Virus record (IMG/VR): IMGVR_UViG_3300048598_000496
Span: 1-46,713 of that record
Direction: 5' to 3' (one strand)
DNA: 46,713 nt
From: a virus
Taxonomy: Duplodnaviria > Caudoviricetes
Program-made: the position numbers and the translations under genes
Shown: in pieces, positions 18,226-27,407 of the stretch
Layout of the letters: each line of letters opens with the position of its first letter
How positions within the stretch are numbered: the stretch's first letter is position 1
Notes under the pieces: generated by a model
What the model was told of the DNA's origin: nothing
The model's input: only the letters and a program-made list of their open reading frames with translations
Database searches by the model: none

Positions 18226-18957
18226 TCAAGGAGAGAGCCTCGCCTGACGGATGCGTTTCAAGGTCGCGTCGCAGGGTGAAGGAACGGCAGCGGAGGAGGC
18301 TCCGCCCATCACCGCATTGAGATTCCTTCGGCCGCGTCCCGGCACAGAGCGCAACGTCTCTTCTTGCGGCAAGATTTTCATAAGCGGATTTCCTTGGTAG
18401 GCCCAAGTCGGCTGAAAAGAATCAAAATAGCGTTTAGCCACTTCCGGAGTCAGTTCGACGACGCCGTCGCGCATCAAATCCTCGCACCAGCCTTTCGTCT
18501 GCGGATCCGACATCAATTTGTAAGCGGGCAGATCCTCCTTGCGTTCCGCGCGTCGGCAATCCGACGTATCGGGCTTATACATATCGGTATAAATTTCTTT
18601 GAAGGCCTCGTCCGTCGGCGGCATAAATTGTTGAAAGGAGGGGTCGAGAAGATAATAGCGGGACGGCCCCTTGTCTTGCCCGACCTCGACGACGGTTATA
18701 TGGTGGCGTGGATGCCCATCCGGAAAGGACAAGGCAGCTTCATGGGCTAGAACCTTCGGATCCCCCCAATCTTTGAATCCGTTGAGCGCCATGGTCTGCA
18801 TATCGCTGCAACAATCCGCGAATAAATTATGTTTGAGGCTCGCGCCAAAATAACGACGGTGCGCGTCATCTTCGCTGTTGGCCAAAAAATGCTCTTGGTC
18901 GCGCCTTTTCTCTTCGCGCAGCTCTGAGGCAATATCTTTTAAAGTCGAAAGATCCAC
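18226..18957 (-). CDS. hypothetical protein, possible papain/transglutaminase-like Cys-His-Asp enzyme
   Basis: ADCCSD ... RHHITVV ... YYLLDPSFQQF motif order. Confidence 0.5.
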   Translation of the reverse strand: MDLSTLKDIASELREEKRRDQEHFLANSEDDAHRRYFGASLKHNLFADCCSDMQTMALNGFKDWGDPKVLAHEAALSFPDGHPRHHITVVEVGQDKGPSRYYLLDPSFQQFMPPTDEAFKEIYTDMYKPDTSDCRRAERKEDLPAYKLMSDPQTKGWCEDLMRDGVVELTPEVAKRYFDSFQPTWAYQGNPLMKILPQEETLRSVPGRGRRNLNAVMGGASSAAVPSPCDATLKRIRQARLSP

Positions 18958-19161
18958 GGCACACTCTTTTCCTAATACTCTTCAAAAATAAGCCATAAGG
19001 GTTAAAAGGTAAAAAAAAATGTCTTGGATTTTATCTAAAATCCGGCCTTGCTCACACTTTGTTAATCATATGACGCAATGCGTCAGGGCCCAGCGGAAAG
19101 CTGGCGATTCCAGCCTTCCATGAAGGAGGCTCAATGGCACGAGATCCCGCTTATGAGGGAT

Positions 19162-19590
19162 TTATGGATGGGCGTTCGGAACCAAAGTTCCCTTCGCGTT
19201 AACACCGGGATGATAGCCACTGTCTGAGAGGGGGCCCGAGCAATCAACCTTTTTGCTCAGCTTCGATCCATCATCCAATGCAGCCCCCCAAAGAGAACCG
19301 GCGAGACCGGCAGAGAACGCGTTGAAAGCAAGGGCGCCAACCGTGAGAGGAAGAGCAACCTTGCGGCTTACCCCCATATCGAGAAGATCTTTTCCAAAAT
19401 CCCTTGTCGGACAACCAACTGCGGAGGCAACACCATTCGCAGATCCTGCAGCCGGATGAAGAAGAAACATCGCGCTGCCGTACGTAAGATTTGTAACCGC
19501 CATCATGGCAACGCCAAACAAAATTCCCTTAGCAGCAGACATTCTGCTGTTGTTAATCTGGGGGTTAATTTCGGCCGAAATCTCTTTCAT
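19162..19590 (-). CDS. hypothetical membrane protein
   Basis: Two hydrophobic segments; GGAG RBS. Confidence 0.55.
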   Translation of the reverse strand: MKEISAEINPQINNSRMSAAKGILFGVAMMAVTNLTYGSAMFLLHPAAGSANGVASAVGCPTRDFGKDLLDMGVSRKVALPLTVGALAFNAFSAGLAGSLWGAALDDGSKLSKKVDCSGPLSDSGYHPGVNAKGTLVPNAHP

Positions 19591-19772
19591 TGGAATTCTC
19601 CGTTTTTGTCTTTAGTTATAATATTTCATTTTGGATAAGTTTCATAATAGTTTCATCGCAGGCTTGTGGTTAATAGTTGATGCGAAGGCAATAATCGCCT
19701 TTTCGCCATCAAGTTAAGCCAAGACGTATTTGCCCCCCCTCCTCAAGAATGTTGGGTGAATCTATACCACTT

Positions 19773-21251
19773 CTAGTATGCGGAACATTTTGCAGGATCC
19801 GTTCCCGCGGCCCCCGTGCAGGTCCACGACCACCCCATGAATCCCGGATTGCAGCAATGGTACTGTTCGCACCCATAGCATCCGGGATAGCTGACGACGC
19901 ATTCCCAGCACGAGCTCCTGTTTTGGTATCCGCAAGTGCGATAACCCTGCGGAACCGTATAGATGGTGCATCCACCTGAACCTAGGCAGATCCCGCTGTA
20001 ATAGGTATAGCCCGGGCATACATCCGATAGAGCTGTCACCGGCGAAGCGGTTCCGCTGGCGCACAAATCGGCGGTGGGAGCCGAAGAAAAGCTCTTTCCG
20101 TTTGCAGCGCCGCAAGCGCCTTTATCGACGCAATTTTGATACGTAAAACTGCCGGACAGGGTGCCGTTGCTTTGGCATACTCTGGTTTCCGAATTACAGC
20201 TTCCGCCGCCAGACGCGGCGCTTGCCTCATAGGCTGTCACCTCGTCCCCGACCGAGACGCTGCCGCCCCATGGGAGATTGCAGTTCGTAGCGGTCGCGCA
20301 AGATTGGTTGGCACCGCCGTTCACCCCCTGACAGATCCAGCTCCACGAAGAGCTGCTTCCTGTCGGCGAGGTTGCGTTTCCGGTGCTGCACAAGCCGGAT
20401 GTCGGCGCGCTTGAATATTTTTCGCCATTCGCGGAACCGCAAGCTCCGTCGATCTTGGGCGCATAATTGCCCGAACAATCGGCAACAGCCGCATAGTCCC
20501 CGCCGTCCTGACTGACATAAAGCCTCGCAGAAATGCCGGGAGACGACCAACTGAAAGAGGGCGCCTTTCCGTTCGCAAGGAAGCTGAGCAATTGATCCTG
20601 AACAAACGAAACCGACCGGCATTTTTTCGTGCCTTGGTTATCGGTCGAACAATCCTGTCGCGCATAAGAAAACTCGGCCGGACTTTTGCCGCGTTCCGTC
20701 GAGCCGACCGAAGTTGTGGTCGAGCCGGGATTCGACGGATTAAGGACCAGCATATAGGAACTGACAATGACAGGAGATGTCGAACTGTTCGTCGAAGGAA
20801 CATTGATCGGGCTTGACATCGCAGGCGACCAAACGCCCGTCGAACACGAAGCGAAACCTTGGGGATATGCGATATATTGTTGTGGCGCGACGGCGTAACC
20901 GGAAGAAACGCCAAGAACTGACGCATCGAGAAATCTTTGAAACTCATTCTGGGTGGCCTGAGGCACAAAATAGTTATTGCCGCTGTCGTTGCTGACAAAG
21001 CGGGGGCCAATCGCAGGCCAGTTATTGAACAAGATATATTGCGCGCCGCTTTTGAGCCGGATTCCTTTGCTGATACTGACGGCAGGAGCCGCCGTATAGG
21101 ACAAAGGCTCGTACTGACAATCTTCGGACTTGGTGCTGGTCGTATCGCAGCCCCCCTCAACATCTTTGCCGTAAACCGTTGCGATCGGAAGAAGAGAAAG
21201 AGCAAGGGCAAAAACTGCGAATTTCAGAAAACGACAAAAGGAATTTTGCAT
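19773..21251 (-). CDS. secreted Cys-rich repeat protein
   Basis: Signal peptide; GACGSANG..P..LCS.G..WSW.C repeats; CNLPWG..VTAY..ETR.C..GTLSGS repeat. Confidence 0.8.
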   Translation of the reverse strand: MQNSFCRFLKFAVFALALSLLPIATVYGKDVEGGCDTTSTKSEDCQYEPLSYTAAPAVSISKGIRLKSGAQYILFNNWPAIGPRFVSNDSGNNYFVPQATQNEFQRFLDASVLGVSSGYAVAPQQYIAYPQGFASCSTGVWSPAMSSPINVPSTNSSTSPVIVSSYMLVLNPSNPGSTTTSVGSTERGKSPAEFSYARQDCSTDNQGTKKCRSVSFVQDQLLSFLANGKAPSFSWSSPGISARLYVSQDGGDYAAVADCSGNYAPKIDGACGSANGEKYSSAPTSGLCSTGNATSPTGSSSSWSWICQGVNGGANQSCATATNCNLPWGGSVSVGDEVTAYEASAASGGGSCNSETRVCQSNGTLSGSFTYQNCVDKGACGAANGKSFSSAPTADLCASGTASPVTALSDVCPGYTYYSGICLGSGGCTIYTVPQGYRTCGYQNRSSCWECVVSYPGCYGCEQYHCCNPGFMGWSWTCTGAAGTDPAKCSAY

Positions 21252-21507
21252 TTTTCCTCGCTCTCGGCCACAGGGGGCCTTATGGATAATCCGATTGGTT
21301 GTAAAAGCTAAGCTTTATGCAATAATCACACAATAGTAATTCAAGAAGAGAGCCGGAAAGGATGGTTTTTCTTTGCGGCGGCCAAAATCCAAGTTATTGA
21401 TATAAAAGAGAAAGGCAGGCCTATCTGTCCCAAAACCCCTTAAGACTGTTGGGCAAGCCCATAGTCATCGCCTTCGCATTGGCAATCGCACCCCAAAACA
21501 ACACGCT

Positions 21508-22368
21508 TTAGTTTTCAGACAGCGGCACAAATATTTTGGCTTCATCCGGATATTTTTTCAAAATACCATCAAGCACGCCCTTCTTTTGAAGTTGCACGAT
21601 AGCGCCATCGATCATGATCTTGAGCGAAGCGTTGCTTTTTTCGATCGGATAGCCCAAGGCCAAAATCCGTATGGGACGATCCCCCGCCTGCTTAAGAAGG
21701 TCGGGATGCAACTTGTTATAATCGTCAAACGCCGTTGGCGTTTCAATCGCCACATCCGCTTTCGACGCTGCTACAGCCGCAAAGGCGTCGTCAGGCGTGG
21801 AATCTTCGCCAAGAAGCACCTTCTCTGACTTTGGAAGGTCTTCATTCACGACATATTTCGCCGACGAACCGGGCGAAACCGCAACTTTAATATTGGACCG
21901 GTCAGCTGCACTTATATTCTGATCGAACCTTCCGTCATTTCTACGCACATATAACATATAGGGTTGCTTCAAAAGCGAAGCCGCAAATATCATTTTGTCC
22001 GATCTTTTTTTGGTTTCCAAAAACTGTAAGCAAAACACGTCATATACATCGTTTTTGAAAGCATCGGGGTCGCGGAATGGCGAGCGCCCGCCTTCAACCC
22101 AAACGATCTTTTTTCCAAGGGCCTTGCCAACCTCTTCCATCAAGTCATAGTTGAACCCGACGCGCGTCACCGCCTTGCTATCTTTTTCAAAAAGACCGCC
22201 CGCGCAACGAATTGTATCGTCACGTTTCTCATACACGAGCTGCTGGCCGGGTTCCGTAGGCCTGCCATTCGATACTGGCTTTGTTTTTTCTTGCACGCCC
22301 CAAACATCAAGAGCCGCCACGATGCTCGCCAGAACAACTAGGCTCACTATGACCTTTCGTATTCTCAT
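21508..22368 (-). CDS. amino-acid ABC-type periplasmic binding protein (SBP family 3), orphan
   Basis: GFNYDLMEEVGKALG.KI.W, AFAAVAASKAD, LQKKGVLDGILKKY; N-terminal signal. Confidence 0.8.
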   Translation of the reverse strand: MRIRKVIVSLVVLASIVAALDVWGVQEKTKPVSNGRPTEPGQQLVYEKRDDTIRCAGGLFEKDSKAVTRVGFNYDLMEEVGKALGKKIVWVEGGRSPFRDPDAFKNDVYDVFCLQFLETKKRSDKMIFAASLLKQPYMLYVRRNDGRFDQNISAADRSNIKVAVSPGSSAKYVVNEDLPKSEKVLLGEDSTPDDAFAAVAASKADVAIETPTAFDDYNKLHPDLLKQAGDRPIRILALGYPIEKSNASLKIMIDGAIVQLQKKGVLDGILKKYPDEAKIFVPLSEN

Positions 22369-22434
22369 TCCCCCCTCAATTCGCCACACCGTGGCAGTAA
22401 TCCCAGTCCATCACTTCCTTAATCAAACTAGTCC

Positions 22435-24471
22435 TTAGCAAGTAGGCGCAATTTTGTTATGAACCAAAAAGCCATCTGAATAGTAAGTCCCGTCCCCATC
22501 CATAGATGGATTGAAGACTTCCCGCTCTTTACGTCCTTCTTGCTCATCAATGGATCGAAGGATTTCCGTCTCGCCGGTTTCCAAATATAACGTATCGCCG
22601 ATCTCAAGCTTTTTCGTCTCGACATTATGGTTTTCTGTCGGCGTCAGGCTTGGCTCAATGGCCTTCCATCCATCCTGAGTCCAGAAAGGATGCCCGCCCG
22701 TTACAAAGGCCGCCCCGCCGTTGAAGCCATAGATCGGTTCGTTTGTTTTGTGGGATTGCAGACTAACCACATGGTTGATTCCGCTGTGTCCCTTCACGGC
22801 GTCGCCAATCTCAAGCGCACTGATGGGCTTTCTGCTTCCATCCGCCATTGTAACTAGAGCTTCACCAACGAAGCACGGATTGGATTTGCAGTAACACGAG
22901 TTATAGGTCGAGATTGTCCCGCTCCATGTGCCGTTGGAACAGGTCGCAGCATGTACATGATTGCCACAATCATCATCGCCGCAAAAGCAATTCATATAAA
23001 TCAAACTCTGCTTGTCATAGGTATGGCACGTGCTCCCGCTTGTCGTTGCCGCGCAGATTCCGTTCGCCGCGCATGGGTTAGCGCAACTTGTTGCGGTATA
23101 GCTGCCCGAGAAACTGCCATTCGAGCAGGTGCGCGTTTCCGTCGCTACGCTTGAGCAATTGGACCCAACGGGCGCTGCCGATGTCGAATAGGCCGTTCCG
23201 CTAAACCCACTTACCACATTGCCCCATGGGGTTCCGGTACATCCCGCCGAGCAACTGGTATAGCCATAGCTGCCTGAAAAAGAACCGTTCGAGCAAGTGC
23301 GGGTTTCGCTAGCGCAGGCTCCAGCAGGACTCGATGAAGCATAGGCCGTTCCGCTAAACCCGTTCGACACGCTACCCCACGGCGTGCCCGTGCAGCCGTT
23401 TGTGCAACTGGCGTAGCCATAGCTTCCTGACAGGCTTCCGTTCAAGCAGGTGCGAACCTGACTGGCGCACGCCCCCGCCGGACTAGACTCCGCATAGGCC
23501 GTGCAGGTGCCGCCGCTGTGGATCGTGCCGCAGGGCGACGCGCAATCCGTCGATGTGCAGCTGGCGTTTGAATAGGACCATGTCCCCGAGCTGCATGAAG
23601 CCGTTTCAGAACCTGAATAATAGGCCGCTGTATTTGTGACAGTTGCCACCGTGCCCGATACCGATGCCGCAACAGAGCCAGAACAGTTCGTGAGCCACGT
23701 TGGCGATGCTGCCGCGCATCCCGGCGAGCAGCTTGACGCTGTATAGCTGCCGGATAGGCTGCCGCGCGTGCAGGTTCTGACCTCGCTTGAGCAAGAGCCT
23801 AACGGATTCGATGACGCATAAGCCGTACAGGTTTGTCCAGTATGGATGGTACCGCAGGGCGATGAGCAGTCCGTCGTTGCACAGCTTTGGTTCGAGTAGG
23901 ACCATGTCCCCGAACTACACGAAGCTGTTTCCGACCCCGAATAATAGTCCGCCAAGTTTGGCACAGTTTCCGAAGAGCCACTGGCCAAGGCCGCTACATT
24001 ACCCGAACACCCAGATCCCCATGACGAGGATGTCGCGCCACATCCCGCCGTGCAGCTTGAGTATGCATAGCTTCCCGACAACGTCCCGCCTGAACAAGTG
24101 CGCGTTTGACTGCTACAGCCTCCGACGGGATTAGGGTCGGAATAGGCCGTTACGCTCGCCCCGTCCGCAATAAAGCCCCACGGGCTGACATTACAGCCGC
24201 AGCTTCCCAACACAACGCAACCTTGAGGGTTGTCGTTGAAGGACTTCCATGCCGTTTGGTTACTCATCGGCACCATAACTGTGGCCGAGCAATTGTTGGT
24301 GACTTTCGTGCACGTCGGCGATGGCGAAGAAAACGCCGTCGGCGTTACATTTTTCGTGGAACTGGCACCGACCACCGCGCAGGTAGCAGGGCTGTCCGTG
24401 TCGCAGGTCGCAAAAGCAAAATTTGGCGAAGCAATCAGGGCAAACGCTACGAGGAACGGAATAATCTTCAT
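22435..24471 (-). CDS. secreted Cys/Ser/Gly-rich repeat protein with C-terminal Hint (BIL) domain
   Basis: Signal MKIIPFLVAFALIA; tandem TAY..C..ETRTC.NG..SGSY..SC repeats; Hint blocks CFVGEALVTMADG, VTGGHPF, GFLVHN. Confidence 0.9.
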   Translation of the reverse strand: MKIIPFLVAFALIASPNFAFATCDTDSPATCAVVGASSTKNVTPTAFSSPSPTCTKVTNNCSATVMVPMSNQTAWKSFNDNPQGCVVLGSCGCNVSPWGFIADGASVTAYSDPNPVGGCSSQTRTCSGGTLSGSYAYSSCTAGCGATSSSWGSGCSGNVAALASGSSETVPNLADYYSGSETASCSSGTWSYSNQSCATTDCSSPCGTIHTGQTCTAYASSNPLGSCSSEVRTCTRGSLSGSYTASSCSPGCAAASPTWLTNCSGSVAASVSGTVATVTNTAAYYSGSETASCSSGTWSYSNASCTSTDCASPCGTIHSGGTCTAYAESSPAGACASQVRTCLNGSLSGSYGYASCTNGCTGTPWGSVSNGFSGTAYASSSPAGACASETRTCSNGSFSGSYGYTSCSAGCTGTPWGNVVSGFSGTAYSTSAAPVGSNCSSVATETRTCSNGSFSGSYTATSCANPCAANGICAATTSGSTCHTYDKQSLIYMNCFCGDDDCGNHVHAATCSNGTWSGTISTYNSCYCKSNPCFVGEALVTMADGSRKPISALEIGDAVKGHSGINHVVSLQSHKTNEPIYGFNGGAAFVTGGHPFWTQDGWKAIEPSLTPTENHNVETKKLEIGDTLYLETGETEILRSIDEQEGRKEREVFNPSMDGDGTYYSDGFLVHNKIAPTC

Positions 24472-25040
24472 GGAAGAGTCTCCCCTTTCGCAATCGCATG
24501 GACGAAAGCCACCGACTTCAGGCCGTTTTTGCCGTGGCAGCGCAAAACATAAGTGTTTATGCCCGCAAATGTTGGCGCGACCTCTTCTTCCCCATTCGTT
24601 GTTTTGGGGCCGGACCATCCACCCTCCGCTTCGCAAAAGACGGATTCAGGCGAGGTTCGCCAAAACAGTTTGACCTTCGCGTTCGAAGGAACAGTGACAA
24701 TTGAAACTTCATCACCCTTTGGGTCGATTGCCTTAAGCGTCAAGTCGGGCCCATAGGAGACAATCGGCGTCCAGACAGACTTTTGGTCTTTCGCTTCGGC
24801 CTTCCATTCCACCGAAGCGTAAACGCGCGTCCACTCATCGTGACATGTCATGCTGAAGGGTTGGGGGCTCTCGGATTTATCCTCTCCGGCCTTCGGAAGT
24901 GCTTTCGGTGTTGGCGATAATTGGCTTTCAGCGCAACCTGCGTAATTGGCACGAACAACAGGCCATCTTTCATCCTGTTGTATGCAAGCCGTCAGAAGCG
25001 ACGCGATTACCGTAAGTGTCAATAGACGGAGGGCATACAT
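24468..25040 (-). CDS. lipoprotein with beta-rich (Ig-like) C-terminal domain
   Basis: Lipobox LLTAC; ATGA-coupled to the Hint protein; L.W....C....GWSG..TYVLRC. Confidence 0.75.
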   Translation of the reverse strand: MYALRLLTLTVIASLLTACIQQDERWPVVRANYAGCAESQLSPTPKALPKAGEDKSESPQPFSMTCHDEWTRVYASVEWKAEAKDQKSVWTPIVSYGPDLTLKAIDPKGDEVSIVTVPSNAKVKLFWRTSPESVFCEAEGGWSGPKTTNGEEEVAPTFAGINTYVLRCHGKNGLKSVAFVHAIAKGETLP

Positions 25041-25095
25041 TCGAAATTCCCCAGCTGTAAGCCAAAGTCCACCAGAAGAATCATTTCTTCTGGTG

Positions 25096-25344
25096 GGCTG
25101 GGAGTTCGAAAATCGCGATTAGACGATTGCAATGGCCTTTGGACCGGGAGGCCCTGGACATTCGCCATTGCCTCCCAGCCCGCGGGGGATGGAGACAACG
25201 TCTTTTACGGCGACGCTCCATGCGTGTTTAGGAATGGATATTCCAAACACGCTTCGTCGCACAAAACGTAGCTCGAAAACAATATGCCTGTTCTCGGACA
25301 GGTATTATACAACGAACCGCTAATCGTGAGGTTTCGACACCCCA
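25096..25344 (-). ncRNA. C4-antisense-like structured leader RNA, copy A
   Basis: Closing stem ggctgggag/ctcccagcc 25096-25180, inner gcaatggc/gccattgc; loop segments complementary to 25320-25337; homologous to 30721-30871. Confidence 0.7.
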
Positions 25345-25591
25345 AAGGCATTTCTGCCTTCGGTAAGTATGTTGCTCGAAAATTAATAGTCGCGCAACTA
25401 TATTCATAATAATGGATATTTTCGGACATCATTAAATCAAATAATAAAAAAGGCTTGTTGGGCATCTATTGTTTAATAAATCCACCAGAGAATTTTGAAT
25501 ATTCATGTAGTATGCACTTTATTTTATTATCGATTATATTGTTTTTAGTCCATTGAGATTGTTGTTTATTCTCTATCCTGTTGATGTCGTT

Positions 25592-25878
25592 CAGGGTTCG
25601 CTTGCGCTCACCCTCGGCTACGCCTCGCGTCAAACAGTTCTGCGTCCTGTTTGATGAACCTATGATCTCCTGGAAATAAAAAAAGCCCCATTAGGGCTTT
25701 TGTGATTGGTTGCGGGGATAGGATTGGCTGAAACAGGCTTTGGCCTGTTTGCAGGGTTCGCTTGCGCTCACCCTCGGCTACGCCTCGCGTCAAACAGTCC
25801 CCCGGACTGTTTGATGAACCTATGATCTCCTGGAAATAAAAAAAGCCCCATTAGGGCTTTTGTGATTGGTTGCGGGGA
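25592..25878. repeat. 127-bp direct repeat x2 (160-bp period) containing tRNA-Met 3' fragments and terminators
   Basis: 25592-25718 matches 25752-25878; each has tgaacctatga and gattggttgcgggga. Confidence 0.92.
25838..25861 (-). terminator. intrinsic terminator downstream of the tRNA 3' end (second copy about 25678-25701)
   Basis: Minus strand aaaagccc-taat-ggggcttttttt. Confidence 0.8.
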
Positions 25879-26043
25879 CGCGATATAGCTCAAACATTAA
25901 TATCCCTATGCCTACTCTTGTAGTCCCGCTGCACAGAAAGGGCCGGTAGACTGCAGCGCAGTCATGCTTGGTATCTGTTTCTCTCTTGTATTAACAGGTG
26001 GGGCAACACCGATATTTCAACGATATCATACGTATATTTGTAT

Positions 26044-26940
26044 TCATCGCCTATATGCGAACTTTGGTTCCCAGCTTCGTTCCAGTTTTTCATCCTCATT
26101 TTCGTCTTCATCGGGATCTTGATGTAGCAGGTCACTTGATAAAATCGTTAGGGTATAGCCATACGCGCCCAAGCCTAAGGTTTCCTCGTCGAGGACAACT
26201 GACTTTTGGCCGCCGAACCAATCTTTAAGATTTGTTTCCGCGCAAGCTTTTTCTGCGGCCAGAACCCGATCAATCTTGGAATTAAATTCACGTGTCATGG
26301 ATGCAGGTAGTGGTGTGCCTTTTCGAATAAACGGAAGTTTGTCTAACCCCTTAAATCCTTCCGAAAAGAATGCGTATGCAATTGCGTTGTTTTGGCTGAC
26401 TATGACAGCTATTGGATAAGGGCTGCATTGTGCGGCTCGGATGGCAGCAGCAGTGGCTGAGCTATTTGCTTTGTCGGCCAGAGCTAGAACACCTTCTAAA
26501 CCGACTTGGCTCTCACCTAACAGATTTTCTGTTAGTGACGATGGCATTAGAAGACCGCTGGCAAAATGATCCGCTTCCAGTTCAATAGAAGAATTTTGGG
26601 TGAAATCCGCACGTGATAAATGTGTGCCGCCTGCGGCAATGATTTCTTCCGCATGGCCGGGCAGAAAATAATGGCCTAGTTCGTGTGCTTGAGAGAAATT
26701 TTCAAACCCCGAATTGTTATATTCGGTGGAATAGATTAAAGATGCTTTTGTGCCCGCTAAAATTAGCGCCCCTGATATGCCTTTAACATCTGATGGTTTG
26801 GCAAAAACTTCGATACCTTTTTGGCATGCGATGTTTTTCGGAATAATAGGGAATTGGGAAAAACCGAAATCCTTTGCGGTTTTTTCACCTAATTGCGTAG
26901 CCATTTGCAAACGGAACTTACTCTGAGTAGCCAAGGTCAC
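26044..26940 (-). CDS. capP: ImmA/IrrE-family metallopeptidase (CapP-like)
   Basis: FSQAHELGH (HExxH), ELEADHFASGLLMP; coupled to HTH gene divergent from CBASS. Confidence 0.85.
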   Translation of the reverse strand: MTLATQSKFRLQMATQLGEKTAKDFGFSQFPIIPKNIACQKGIEVFAKPSDVKGISGALILAGTKASLIYSTEYNNSGFENFSQAHELGHYFLPGHAEEIIAAGGTHLSRADFTQNSSIELEADHFASGLLMPSSLTENLLGESQVGLEGVLALADKANSSATAAAIRAAQCSPYPIAVIVSQNNAIAYAFFSEGFKGLDKLPFIRKGTPLPASMTREFNSKIDRVLAAEKACAETNLKDWFGGQKSVVLDEETLGLGAYGYTLTILSSDLLHQDPDEDENEDEKLERSWEPKFAYRR

Positions 26941-27254
26941 TCCTTTTTATCGATCATCATATCAATAATACCTTGAATGTAATCTATGTCTTTAGCTGAA
27001 AGCTTGGCTTCATCCCGAAAGGCAGTAGTTGCCGCTTCTTTGCCGCTTACAAGATAATCAACTGTTACAGTTAGGGCCTTGGCTAGCTCTCGGATGTTAT
27101 CGAAGGATGGTTTGCGTCGTTCGGCCTCGAAATGGGCAATAGCCGACGGCTGCATTCCTGCCTTGCGGGCGAGGTCTGATTGCGTTAACTCACGCTTCTC
27201 CCGTAGCTGACGCAGGCGAACGGCGAAGGAAGCGCTCTTTGTGCTTGACTCCAT
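26937..27254 (-). CDS. capH: XRE helix-turn-helix repressor (CapH-like)
   Basis: LRQLREKRELTQSDLARKAG..IAHFE..RKPS. Confidence 0.85.
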   Translation of the reverse strand: MESSTKSASFAVRLRQLREKRELTQSDLARKAGMQPSAIAHFEAERRKPSFDNIRELAKALTVTVDYLVSGKEAATTAFRDEAKLSAKDIDYIQGIIDMMIDKKE

Positions 27255-27256
27255 GG

Positions 27257-27374
27257 TATGACAATCCGTATAGTTGGCTATGACATCGCCTATTGCCCCT
27301 TTCTTGGGGCTTTTTTCGGGGGATGTCTGTTACAAAACGTAGTGCTGATTATGACATGCCATCGGTTAATGTCA
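27257..27374. promoter_or_regulatory. divergent promoter region with candidate operator repeats
   Basis: TATGACA at 27257, 27279, 27350; TGACAT-N11-ATGTCA at 27352-27374. Confidence 0.5.
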
Positions 27375-27407
27375 AATTAATGCGCCGTAAAAAAAGAGGA
27401 AACTGCC

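Noticed and set aside
22456-22875. Canonical splicing intein
   Set aside because: The residue after Asn is Lys rather than Cys/Ser/Thr and the C-extein is 6 aa, which fits a BIL domain
23100-24200. Diversity-generating retroelement template/variable repeats
   Set aside because: In-frame protein repeats, no reverse transcriptase, no evident adenine-specific mismatch pattern
25592-25878. CRISPR array
   Set aside because: Only two 127-bp units, tRNA-derived, with no cas genes
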